This document shows, in pieces, positions 1 to 8,745 of a stretch of DNA of 37,569 nt. A program made the translations under genes and the position numbers. Each line of letters starts with the position of its first letter. Position 1 is the first letter of the stretch. The notes beneath the pieces are model-generated. The model had not been told where the DNA came from, searched no databases, and saw only the letters and a list, made by a program, of their open reading frames with translations. The stretch spans positions 1 to 37,569 of the forward strand of contig WBXE01000001.1 in assembly GCA_008932955.1 (NCBI GenBank). Reading direction: 5' to 3'. The stretch comes from Verrucomicrobiota bacterium (GTDB taxonomy: Bacteria; Verrucomicrobiota; Verrucomicrobiia; Verrucomicrobiales; Akkermansiaceae).

Positions 1-1350
1 CTGATCGGCTGGGTTGCGCAACACGGCGGTTTCCCAGTCGATGAGTTTTTCCTTCACCATGTCCATGGAGATTTTGAGGGCGGCCGCGGCGGTGCGTTTG
101 CCATTGCGGGTTTGCAGCATGAAGAGCTTGCCTTCCTGAATGGTGAACTCAACGTCCTGCACGTCCTTAAAATGTTTCTCAAGGATCTGCCGCACCTTGA
201 GCAATTCAGCATAGGACTTGGGCATCTCCTTTTTCAGATTGAGCACCGGCTCGGGGGTGCGCACGCCGGCGACGACGTCCTCGCCCTGGGCGTTGATGAG
301 GAATTCACCGTAAAATTCGTCGGTGCCGTTGGCCGGGTTGCGGGTGAAGGCGACGCCGGAGCCGGAGGTTGGGCCGGTATTGCCATAGACCATGGCCTGC
401 ACGTTGACGGCGGTGCCCCAAGCGGAGGGAATGTTGTATTTGCGGCGATAGACGCTGGCGCGGTCGTTCATCCACGAGCCGAAGACAGCGCCGGCGGCAC
501 CCATGAGTTGTTGCCAGGGGTCGGTGGGGAAGGATTTGCCGCAGCGTGCCTTGACCAGCGCCTTGAAGCGCTTGACGAGTTCCTGGTTATCGGCAGCAGA
601 TAGATCGCTGTCGATGATGTTTTCGCCGTGTTGTTCGTGTTTGTAATTTTCGATAACGGTTTCAAACGGCTCGTGCTCTTCGCCTTCGAGTTTTTGCACG
701 CCCATGACCACGTCGCCATACATCTGGATGAAGCGGCGGTAGCAATCCCAGGCGAAGCGCTCGTTTTTGGTGGCGGCGGCCAGGGATTTGACGGTGTCGT
801 CATTGAGGCCAAGGTTGAGAATGGTATCCATCATGCCGGGCATCGAATCGCGGGCGCCCGAGCGCACCGCTACCAGCAGCGGGAAGCCTTTGGCATCGCC
901 AAATTTGTAGCCCATCAGCTTTTCCATGTTGACGATGCCAGCCTTGACCTGCGCTTCGAGTACCGACGGGTAGCTGCGCTTGTGGTCATAAAAATAGGTG
1001 CACACCTCGGTGGTCATGGTGAACCCCGGAGGCACTGGCAGGTTGATGCGGGTCATCTCGGCGAGATTGGCGCCCTTGCCGCCCAGCAGGGCTTTCATGC
1101 TGCCGTTGCCGTCGGCTTTGCCGGCGCCCCAAGTGTAGACGTATTTGATGGCTTTGGGGGTGGCGGACTTTTGGGCTGCCGGCTTGGCGGCGGACTTCTT
1201 GGCTGCCGGGGCTGTCTTCGCTGCCGGTTTGGCGGCGGACTTCTTGGCTGCCGGGGCTTTTTTCACTGCCGGTTTGGCAGCGGACTTCTTGGCAGCTTGC
1301 GGGGCGGATTTCTTGGCAGCGGATTTGACTGCCTGTTTTTTAGTGGCCAT
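1..1350 (-). CDS. ppdK: Pyruvate, phosphate dikinase, N-terminal part (runs off the window edge), with Lys/Ala/Pro-rich N-terminal extension
   Basis: Manual translation from ATG at 1350: [17 protein letters not shown]...[46 protein letters not shown]; later [24 protein letters not shown] and [14 protein letters not shown], all PPDK motifs. Absent from the ORF track because there is no stop within the window. Confidence 0.96.
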   Translation of the reverse strand, partial: MATKKQAVKSAAKKSAPQAAKKSAAKPAVKKAPAAKKSAAKPAAKTAPAAKKSAAKPAAQKSATPKAIKYVYTWGAGKADGNGSMKALLGGKGANLAEMTRINLPVPPGFTMTTEVCTYFYDHKRSYPSVLEAQVKAGIVNMEKLMGYKFGDAKGFPLLVAVRSGARDSMPGMMDTILNLGLNDDTVKSLAAATKNERFAWDCYRRFIQMYGDVVMGVQKLEGEEHEPFETVIENYKHEQHGENIIDSDLSAADNQELVKRFKALVKARCGKSFPTDPWQQLMGAAGAVFGSWMNDRASVYRRKYNIPSAWGTAVNVQAMVYGNTGPTSGSGVAFTRNPANGTDEFYGEFLINAQGEDVVAGVRTPEPVLNLKKEMPKSYAELLKVRQILEKHFKDVQDVEFTIQEGKLFMLQTRNGKRTAAAALKISMDMVKEKLIDWETAVLRNPADQ

Positions 1351-1606
1351 CGTGGTGTTATGATCTGGAGGTGAGTAGGTGCGGTGCGGAGGAAAAAGCA
1401 AAAGCCGATGCCTCCCGAACCGGGCGGCCCGGAGGCTGTCAGGTAAACCCTGCTTGTCAAGCCAGCATAGCGTGAAATTTCTCACGCTCGATTGTGCTGG
1501 CGATTCAAAGCGAGGGATTGGCCCGTTTTAGATGACGCAAAGAGCTTGTTAGTTTCCAGCACAAGAAGCGGGAATGAGAGTGTGGGATTGGGCGTCACTT
1601 TGGGTG

Positions 1607-1721
1607 CTAAGGAGCCGCCACATTTTGTGGTGGTAGCGGGTGGCTGGCCATGAGTCAGCGCCAAAAACTCTCCTACATGATCGAGCCTTCCGCAGGACTT
1701 CAGTAAAGTCGTCGCTCCCTA
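1607..1721 (-). repeat. REPIN-like ~115 bp element, family A, copy 1
   Basis: ctaaggagccgccacattttgtggtgg...aagtcgtcgctcccta; its reverse complement aligns by eye with 4883-4999 and 9684-9798. Confidence 0.85.
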
Positions 1722-2034
1722 ACGGAACGTTTGGGAGTCAAGTCACTCGAGAGGATGAACGATGCGGGTCGACATTGAGGAGCGACTGAATCGAAAATTG
1801 AGATCTCGCCGAGACACCTGTTCATGCGCAGGAGGACCGCTGGGTGGGGTGGTTGCGCCGCGAGGCGGGCAAATCCCTGCTTGCCACGCTGGGGCATGGT
1901 TCCCAATTGATAAACATACTTAATTACTACTGGCGAAAAACAGGCCTTGTGATATTTTCCGCACATAATATGCAGATCGACGCAGATTCGGCTCGATCTA
2001 ACCATGGATTACGAACCCATCAGCAGCATCCCCC

Positions 2035-2424
2035 ATGCACCGACTTCCCAATTCCTACGCAGTGACCCGCTTTCGCTGCACTGCTGGGTTGCTGCTTGGC
2101 AAATGGGCTCTGGTCATCAGCGCCGCCGTAACGCTTGCTTATTCGCTGTGCGTCGCCAACAACGCGCTCACTCAGCTTTGTATCAGCTTAATTTGGCTTG
2201 CCGCATGCGTTGGAGTTGTGCAGTGGCTTTTGGCTGATCGCGCCAGTTGCCCATTGTGCATGGGCCACCCGATGGCACACGAGGCTTGCTCGACTCATCG
2301 CGGCATCCACTCCCTTTTTGGCAGTCACCCGTTGCGGGTCGCCATCTCGGTGGTGTTCAGAGGCTGGTTTCGTTGCCCCTATTGTGGCGAGCCCACCGTC
2401 ATCAAAGCACGCCACCCCCACTGA
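2035..2424 (+). CDS. Hypothetical membrane protein with C-terminal Cys motifs (CPLC ... CPYC), possible zinc ribbon
   Basis: 129 aa ORF, two hydrophobic segments, two CxxC pairs plus CSTH. Confidence 0.6.
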   Translation: MHRLPNSYAVTRFRCTAGLLLGKWALVISAAVTLAYSLCVANNALTQLCISLIWLAACVGVVQWLLADRASCPLCMGHPMAHEACSTHRGIHSLFGSHPLRVAISVVFRGWFRCPYCGEPTVIKARHPH

Positions 2425-2494
2425 CGTCATGACTCATGCACAATGCGCGGATTTCCGGCTTTGCCGGGAGGCGAATTTAAGGCATGACGGGCGC

Positions 2495-3958
2495 ATGCAC
2501 ATTTTTGATTTGGCGCGTGAGCACGCGGTGATTGGATCGAGCGAGGCGGTGCTTGGCTGGGATCAGGAAACCTATTTGCCGCCTGCGGCAGCCGCGCACC
2601 GCGCCAGGCAATTGTCGTGGCTGACGGCCAAAGCCCATGAGTTAGCCACCTCAGCCGCGTGGCAGCGCGCTCTCGAAGAGGCCGAAGCGGGCGCGGCCGA
2701 CGCCGACTTCACCCTGCGCGCCAACCTGCGGGAAATGCGCCGCATGTTTGATCGCGCCACCAAGCTGCCCGTGGCGCTGGTGGCGCGTGAAGCCGCGGCT
2801 TGCTCGTTGGCCAAGCACGCTTGGGCAGAGGCCCGTGAGCGGGCGGATTTTGCGGGTTTTGCGCCGCACCTTACCGGGTTGCTGGAGATTGCGCGGGAAA
2901 AAGCCGAGCGCTGGGGCTATCCCGATGAGCCGTACGACGCCTTGTTAGATGGTTATGAACGGCGCACCAGCACGGCGGCGGTGGCGGCCTTGTTTGATTC
3001 GCTGCGGCCTGAGTTGCGGCGGATTGCGGCGAGTGCCGTGGAGATTTCCGCTGCGCAGGCCCCCGGCTTGCCGCCCGGGCCCTATCCGATCAGCGGGCAG
3101 CAGCGGCTCAACGCGCAGATTGCTGAGGCCATCGGGTTTGATTTTCAAGCCGGACGCATCGACACGACCCATCACCCGTTTTGCACGACGCTGGGGCCGC
3201 GCGACGTGCGTCTGACCACACGCTACGATGAGGGGGATTTTACCTCGTCGCTGTTCGGGGTGTTGCATGAGGCGGGTCACGGGTTGTATGATCAGGGCTT
3301 GCCCGCGGATGACTTCGGCCTGCCTTCCGGCAGTCCGCTGTCGCTGGGTATTCACGAATCCCAGTCGCGGCTTTGGGAAAACCACATCGGCCGGTCGCGG
3401 GCGTTCTGGAACCGCTGGTATCCCGTGGCCCAGGACTGTTTCCCACAGTTGGCCCGTTTCCCCTTGGAAAATTTCCTTCGCTACCTATGGCGCGCTGAGT
3501 TTTCACCGATCCGGGTCGACGCGGACGAAGCCACCTACGACCTGCACATTTTGCTGCGCTTCGGCATCGAGCGCCAAATGGTGAATGGCAGCCTGGCGGT
3601 GGCGGACATTCCCGCCGCGTGGAATGAAGGCTTCCGCGAGCTATTCGGTTTCACCCCGGTGGATGCTCGCGAAGGCTGCTTGCAGGATATTCACTGGGCA
3701 ATGGGCGGATTGGGGTATTTTGCCACGTATTCGCTCGGCAATATCAATGCTGCCCAACTGCATGCCGCCGCCTGCTCCGACCCGCAGATTGCCGCCGCCT
3801 GCGAGCAAGCCGACTACGCCCCGCTGCTGGCCTGGTTGCGCAAATCCATCCACGGCCACGGGGCGACCCTCGATTCCGCCGAACTCATCACCCAAGCCAG
3901 CGGCAAGGCCCCCTCACCCAGCGCCTACCTCGCCCACCTGCAAGCCAGATACCTCTAG
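2495..3958 (+). CDS. Carboxypeptidase, peptidase family M32 (Taq-like)
   Basis: LGWDQETY, HPFC, HEAGHGLY (HEXXH), IHESQS, IRVDADE, GCLQDIHW, GYFATYSLG motifs; start placed at ATG 2495 (MHIFDL). Confidence 0.95.
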   Translation: MHIFDLAREHAVIGSSEAVLGWDQETYLPPAAAAHRARQLSWLTAKAHELATSAAWQRALEEAEAGAADADFTLRANLREMRRMFDRATKLPVALVAREAAACSLAKHAWAEARERADFAGFAPHLTGLLEIAREKAERWGYPDEPYDALLDGYERRTSTAAVAALFDSLRPELRRIAASAVEISAAQAPGLPPGPYPISGQQRLNAQIAEAIGFDFQAGRIDTTHHPFCTTLGPRDVRLTTRYDEGDFTSSLFGVLHEAGHGLYDQGLPADDFGLPSGSPLSLGIHESQSRLWENHIGRSRAFWNRWYPVAQDCFPQLARFPLENFLRYLWRAEFSPIRVDADEATYDLHILLRFGIERQMVNGSLAVADIPAAWNEGFRELFGFTPVDAREGCLQDIHWAMGGLGYFATYSLGNINAAQLHAAACSDPQIAAACEQADYAPLLAWLRKSIHGHGATLDSAELITQASGKAPSPSAYLAHLQARYL

Positions 3959-3972
3959 GGCGGCTTCGCCTT

Positions 3973-4062
3973 AGGCTCAAGACTTGAAGTCACAAGACAA
4001 GATAAGAGAGCGCAGCGCTTCTGCATCTGCTCTTATCTTGCGGCTTGTCGGCTTGGGTCTTA
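3973..4062. repeat. CAAGAC-type periodic palindrome between convergent genes; probable bidirectional terminator/RNA stem
   Basis: Perfect 11 bp stem caagataagag (3998-4008)/ctcttatcttg (4030-4040), extended by imperfect outer arms; 14 nt gagcgcagcgcttc shared with 16750-16763. Confidence 0.65.
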
Positions 4063-4689
4063 CGCCGGCTTGGCAAAAAGTTCGCGGCAGAGCAGGCAAC
4101 GGGTTCCATCACAAGCCCGGGCGCTGCAGTGCTCCCGGCCGTAATAGATGATTTGAAGGTGCAAGCAGTTCCATGACCCGCGGGGAAACAGCCGCTTGAG
4201 GTCGCGCTCGGTGCATTCCACATTTTTACCAGAACTCAGTTTCCACCGCTTGGCAAGCCGGTGAATATGCGTGTCCACCGGAAACGCCGGCACCCCGAAT
4301 ACTTGCGCCATGACCACCGAAGCGGTCTTGTGACCCACACCAGGAAGCGCTTCCAGCGCGGCAAAATCCGCCGGAACTTCACCGCCGTGTTGTTCGACCA
4401 GGATTTTTGAAAGCTGCGAAATCGCCGCCGCCTTGCGCGGCCCAAGGCCGCAGGGGCGGACCACCGCCAGAATGTCATCCACCGCCACCCGCATCATGTC
4501 TCCCGGGTTGTCTGCCAAGCCAAACAAGGCTGGAGTGACCTGGTTGACCCGAACGTCAGTGCACTGTGCCGAAAGCAGCACGGCCACCAGCAGCGTGTAG
4601 GCGTCCCGGTGGGTGAGCGGAATCGGGGGCGCCGGGTAAAGCTCGTTGAGGCGACGCAGGAGGTGGTCGGCGCGTTGTTGCTGGGTCAT
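4060..4689 (-). CDS. nth: Endonuclease III (HhH-GPD DNA glycosylase)
   Basis: [29 protein letters not shown] (HhH with Lys), [10 protein letters not shown]-terminal Cys cluster; start at ATG 4689 (MTQQQ). Confidence 0.95.
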   Translation of the reverse strand: MTQQQRADHLLRRLNELYPAPPIPLTHRDAYTLLVAVLLSAQCTDVRVNQVTPALFGLADNPGDMMRVAVDDILAVVRPCGLGPRKAAAISQLSKILVEQHGGEVPADFAALEALPGVGHKTASVVMAQVFGVPAFPVDTHIHRLAKRWKLSSGKNVECTERDLKRLFPRGSWNCLHLQIIYYGREHCSARACDGTRCLLCRELFAKPA

Positions 4690-4801
4690 AAACGTGGCGA
4701 AAAAGTGCCGCACGGCGCGAACCTACCCCGCGATGGAGGCGCTTGTCGAGTCGGACTCGCAATCCGCAGCCTCCCGACTCACATGGCCCGGCTGCGGCAT
4801 G

Positions 4802-4909
4802 GTAGGGAGCGACGACCTTACTGTCATCGTAGGGAGCGACGACCTTACTGTCATCGTAGGGAGCGACGACCTTACTGTCGTCGTAGGGAGCGACGACCTT
4901 ACTGTCGTC
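4802..4909 (+). repeat. Tandem repeat 4 x 27 bp (gtagggagcgacgaccttactgtc[a/g]tc), an amplified end of family A element
   Basis: Units start at 4802, 4829, 4856 and 4883; no spacers; each has a GTAG start and a gacgac/gtc[a/g]tc hairpin. Confidence 0.95.
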
Positions 4910-4999
4910 GTGCGGAAGCAACGCCCATGAACCGAGCCTTCGGCACTCATTCATGGGCAGCTCTTCAGCTACCACCACACGAATGTGGTGGCACCTTAG
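4883..4999 (+). repeat. REPIN-like element, family A, copy 2
   Basis: gtagggagcgacgac...ttcggcactcattcatggg...ccaccacacgaatgtggtggcaccttag. Confidence 0.9.
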
Positions 5000-5099
5000 C
5001 TCGAGTTACTCCCAGTTCCATACCCGGTCACCCCGGGCCCAATTTCGCTGCATCTTCCGGCTTGCCTGCCAGCTTGAAATGGTCTTCTCTTCCGGCCGC

Positions 5100-6237
5100 A
5101 TGTCCTTACTTCCTACCGCCGACCTCCTGGCGCTCGACATCAGCGGCCTCAAGCGCCGCCTGTCGATGCTCAGGAGGTATCTTTGACGTCCCTACCCTTG
5201 AAAATGAAATCAACACCCTCGAGGAGGCAATGGGCTCGCCAGCCTTCTGGAACGATGCGGACCATGCCAAATCTGTCAGCTCGAAGGCCAGCGCATTGAA
5301 AAAGAAGCTTGAGAGTTTTCTCAAGCTTGAAGCGCGGGTGGCGGACATCGACGAAGGAGTCGCCCTAGCCAAGGAATACGATGATGCCGAATTGGCGCGC
5401 GAGGCGATCCATAATGCCGAAACCCTCGAGGACGACATTCGCTCCTATGAATTGCTCACCCTGCTCGACCAGCCAAGCGATAATTCGTCCTGCTTCCTGG
5501 TGATTCAGGCCGGCGCGGGCGGCACCGAAGCCTGTGATTGGGCGCAAATGCTCCACCGCATGTATTGCCGCTGGGCCGAGCGCCGCGGCTTCACCGTGGA
5601 AACCCTCGACTGGCAGGACGGTGATGAGGCGGGCCTGCGCTCATGCACGCTGCGCATCGCCGGCGAATATGCCTACGGGTTTCTCAAGTGCGAGCGTGGG
5701 GTGCATCGCTTGGTGCGCATTTCCCCGTTCGATGCGGCCGCCAAACGCCACACCTCGTTTGCGTCGATCGACGCCAACCCGGAAGTTTCCAAGGAGATCA
5801 AGATTGAGATCAACCTGACGGACATTGAGATCACCACCACCCGTTCCGGCGGTAAGGGCGGCCAAAACGTCAACAAGGTGGAAACCGCGGTGCTGCTGCG
5901 CCACCTTCCCACCGGGATTCTGATTCGCTCCACTGCGGCCCGCTCGCAGGGCGCCAACCGCGAACTCGCCTTCGAAATCCTCAAGTCCAAGCTCTACACC
6001 ATCGAGGAAGACAAACAACGCGCCGAATCCGACCGCGCCTACAGCGAAAAAGGCGATGTCTCGTGGGGCAACCAAATTCGTTCGTATGTCTTCCAACCCT
6101 ATCAAAAAGTTCTCGACCTACGCACCGGCGAGGAAAGCGGCAACATCCAGGATGTGATGGATGGAGATCTCGACGCATTCATCGAAGCCAAACTCCGCGG
6201 CAAGGTCCGGGTCAAGGGCGCCAAGGACGAAGAGTGA
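5100..6237 (+). CDS. prfB: Peptide chain release factor 2, translated via programmed +1 frameshift at 5181-5187
   Basis: Frame 0 from ATG 5100 (MSLLPTADL...LRRYL*) ends AGGAGG TAT CTT TGA C; +1 frame carries [13 protein letters not shown] and GGQ motifs. Confidence 0.97.
5172..5187 (+). promoter_or_regulatory. RF2 autoregulatory frameshift site (internal Shine-Dalgarno + CTT TGA C)
   Basis: aggagg tat ctt tga c, the canonical prfB cassette. Confidence 0.95.
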
Positions 6238-6269
6238 GGTATGGGTTATTAAACTCCGCCATTCCATAT

Positions 6270-7034
6270 ATGTCATCCGATCTAACACTTATCAAAGCCG
6301 GCACCGGCGTTCTGACAAATTCCGGCAATGGCACCTTGGATCGCGCCGCGCTGGTACATCTGGTGGCTGCCATCGCGGGGTTGGTGGATGCGGGTCATCG
6401 CTGCTTGTTTGTGTCATCAGGCGCGGTGGGATCGGGCTTGGCGGCCTTCGGCCTCTCTGAGTATCCGCAAGAGACCGCCACCCGCCAAGCCTGTGCGGCG
6501 GTGGGCCAGGCACAGCTCATGCAGACGTACAGCAGTCTGTTTGCCAATTTCGACATCACCATTGCCCAAGTCCTGCTCACCGCGGCAGACTTAGCCACGC
6601 CGGAGCGTGCCGCCTATGTGAGCGACACCTTTCGTCGCTTACTCGTCGAACCGCGGATCCTGCCCATCATCAATGAAAATGACTCGGTGGCCGTCGAGGA
6701 GTTGAAATTCGGCGACAACGACATGCTTTCGGTCCAGGTGGCAAAACTCGTCGATGCGCGCCGCATCGTCCTGCTGACGAGCACCGACGGACTGTTGGAC
6801 CCGGAAACCAACGCGCTCATTCCGGAGGTGGCTGACATGGATCGTGCCTTTCACCATGTGCGACTGGATAAGGGGCGCTTTTCCATGGGCGGTATGGCCT
6901 CCAAGCTCGGAGCCATCCGCTATGCGGTGGATGCCGGGATCGAAACCCACATCGCCAACGGCCGTCACCCCGAGCGTCTCGCCGACATCATCGCCGGCAC
7001 AGGCATCTCCACCCGCTTCCACCCCAGAGGCTAA
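6270..7034 (+). CDS. proB: Glutamate 5-kinase (short form, no PUA domain)
   Basis: IKAGTGVL, VSSGAV, AAVGQ, PIINENDSV, FGDNDMLS, GGMASKL; immediately upstream of proA. Confidence 0.94.
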   Translation: MSSDLTLIKAGTGVLTNSGNGTLDRAALVHLVAAIAGLVDAGHRCLFVSSGAVGSGLAAFGLSEYPQETATRQACAAVGQAQLMQTYSSLFANFDITIAQVLLTAADLATPERAAYVSDTFRRLLVEPRILPIINENDSVAVEELKFGDNDMLSVQVAKLVDARRIVLLTSTDGLLDPETNALIPEVADMDRAFHHVRLDKGRFSMGGMASKLGAIRYAVDAGIETHIANGRHPERLADIIAGTGISTRFHPRG

Positions 7035-7109
7035 CGCATCCGGCGACTGCCGCCCGGCCGGCTCGTTGAATTTTCACGTCCGTCATTCCACCTCTGCCAT
7101 CTTCCTAAC

Positions 7110-8390
7110 ATGTCCGCTTCAATTTCCGATACCATTCACCTGATGGGCCGCCAAGCCCGCGCGGCGGCCTATCGTCTCGCCCAACTCGATAGCGAGCACA
7201 AAAATACCATCCTGCACGCGATGGCCGCCGCCCTGCGCGACGCTAGCCCCGCTCTGCTTGCTGCCAATGCGCTGGACATGGCCGCTGCCTCAGCGTCAGT
7301 CAAGCCGCTCTCCGCAGCCATGTTAGACCGCTTGCGCCTGGATGAAGCCCGCATTGAATCGATGGCAGCTGGCATCGAGCAAGTGGCGACCTTGGCCGAT
7401 CCGGTGGGTCAAGTGATTGACGCATGGCAACGCCCTAACGGCCTCAACATCCAACAAGTTCGGGTGCCCATCGGTACGATCGGCATCATTTATGAGAGCC
7501 GTCCTAACGTCACCGCCGATGCCGCCGTGCTGTGTTTTAAGACCGGTAACGCCACCATTCTTCGTGGCGGCAGCGAGGCGATTCACTCGAACCGCGCCAT
7601 TGCCGAAGTGCTGCAAGCGGGCGGCGCGGCGGCGGGTCTGCCCGAGCACGCGATCCAACTTATTCCGTTCACCGACCGCGAAAGCGTAGCGGTATTGGCG
7701 CAGATGGATCGCTGGCTCGACCTAATCATTCCGCGCGGCGGCAAGGGCCTCATTGAAACCGTGGTGTCCTTGGCCCGCATGCCCGTCATCAAACACTACG
7801 ACGGCATTTGCCATCTCTTCGTGGATGCCGCCGCGGATGCTGCGATGGCGGTCGCTCTAACGGTAGACTCGAAAACCCAGAAATGCGGTGTCTGCAACGC
7901 CCTGGAAACCCTGCTGGTGCACCGCGATATCGCCGCCAGCTTCCTGCCGCGCGTCGCCACCGCACTGCAGGCCAAACACGTTGAGTTGCGGGGTTGTGCC
8001 GCCACCCGCGCTGTTCTAGCCGACATCGCAGCCGCCACCGAGGACGACTGGCGCAGCGAATACCTCGACCTGATTCTATCGATCAAGGTGGTGGATTCGC
8101 TCGAAGCGGCCGTCGCGCACATCAACGAGTATGGCTCACACCACACCGACTGCATCGTCACCGCAGATGAAGCTGCGGCCGGGCGATTTCTGCGCGAGGT
8201 GGACTCCGCCTGCGTGTTTCACAATGTTTCGACACGCTTTGCCGATGGCGGGGAATTCGGCTTTGGTGCGGAAATCGGCATCTCCACCGACAAACTCCAC
8301 GCCCGCGGGCCGATGGGCCTGCGCGAACTCACATCCTATCAATACCGCGTCCGCGGCAACGGCCAAACGAAGGGGGTGGTGGAGTTATAG
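7110..8390 (+). CDS. proA: Gamma-glutamyl phosphate reductase
   Basis: IYESRPNVT, LRGGSEA, CNALETLL, NVSTRFADGGEFGFGAEIGIST, HARGPMGL. Confidence 0.97.
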   Translation: MSASISDTIHLMGRQARAAAYRLAQLDSEHKNTILHAMAAALRDASPALLAANALDMAAASASVKPLSAAMLDRLRLDEARIESMAAGIEQVATLADPVGQVIDAWQRPNGLNIQQVRVPIGTIGIIYESRPNVTADAAVLCFKTGNATILRGGSEAIHSNRAIAEVLQAGGAAAGLPEHAIQLIPFTDRESVAVLAQMDRWLDLIIPRGGKGLIETVVSLARMPVIKHYDGICHLFVDAAADAAMAVALTVDSKTQKCGVCNALETLLVHRDIAASFLPRVATALQAKHVELRGCAATRAVLADIAAATEDDWRSEYLDLILSIKVVDSLEAAVAHINEYGSHHTDCIVTADEAAAGRFLREVDSACVFHNVSTRFADGGEFGFGAEIGISTDKLHARGPMGLRELTSYQYRVRGNGQTKGVVEL

Positions 8391-8444
8391 GTTAAGGGTT
8401 ATTAGTTCTCAGGGAAGAGGCCGCCAGGCGGCGAGTTCACCCGC

Positions 8445-8655
8445 CAGAGTGCTTGAAGGCCGAAATTTCGTATGGTTGAATCAAGTTATTCACAACAGGA
8501 TTGATTGACGATTGACGAGTGGTGATTTTGGATTTTTGATGTGAGCCTAGTTTGCGTTGGCGCTCGTCTCCAAGTTCACATCAAAAATCAACATGCATCA
8601 GTCGGCAATCATCAATCCTCTTACCCCACCTAGTCTGAGCCAGACGTCTCGCTAG
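8445..8655 (+). repeat. Composite ~200 bp element, family B, copy 1 (outer shell plus inner GATTGA/TCAATC periodic palindrome at 8497-8622)
   Basis: Aligns by eye with the reverse complement of 35331-35536; inner stem gatttttgatgtgagc (8531-8546)/gttcacatcaaaaatc (8574-8589). Confidence 0.8.
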
Positions 8656-8745
8656 TAATGATCAAATCCAGCAACTTCTTTTCTTCTGTCTTCTGTCTCC
8701 AAGTCTTTCGTCTTTTACATATAACTAATCCCCAATAATCACCCC

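Noticed and set aside
112-1374. Plus-strand ORFs 112..603 and 628..1374
   Set aside because: Antisense shadows of ppdK; the Gly/Leu/Cys repeats mirror the AAKK repeats.
1410-1460. Hairpin gcctcc...ggaggc with nearby T-runs and TTGACA upstream of ppdK as an attenuator or riboswitch
   Set aside because: No recognisable aptamer; hairpin overlaps the expected -10 position, so the two readings conflict and neither is well supported.
4802-4909. 27 bp repeats as a CRISPR array
   Set aside because: Repeats are contiguous with no spacers, no cas genes, and the unit is the end of a dispersed repeat.
4609-5183. Long N-terminal extension on RF2 in the 542 aa ORF
   Set aside because: Artefact of an open +1 frame crossing nth and the repeats; the real start is ATG 5100 with a frameshift.
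6270-7034. ProB without PUA domain (and ManC without cupin domain) as truncations
   Set aside because: Both short forms are established natural variants and end cleanly.
8486-8494. DnaA-box match TTATTCACA
   Set aside because: Single box inside a repeat element, not conserved in copy 2; no oriC context.
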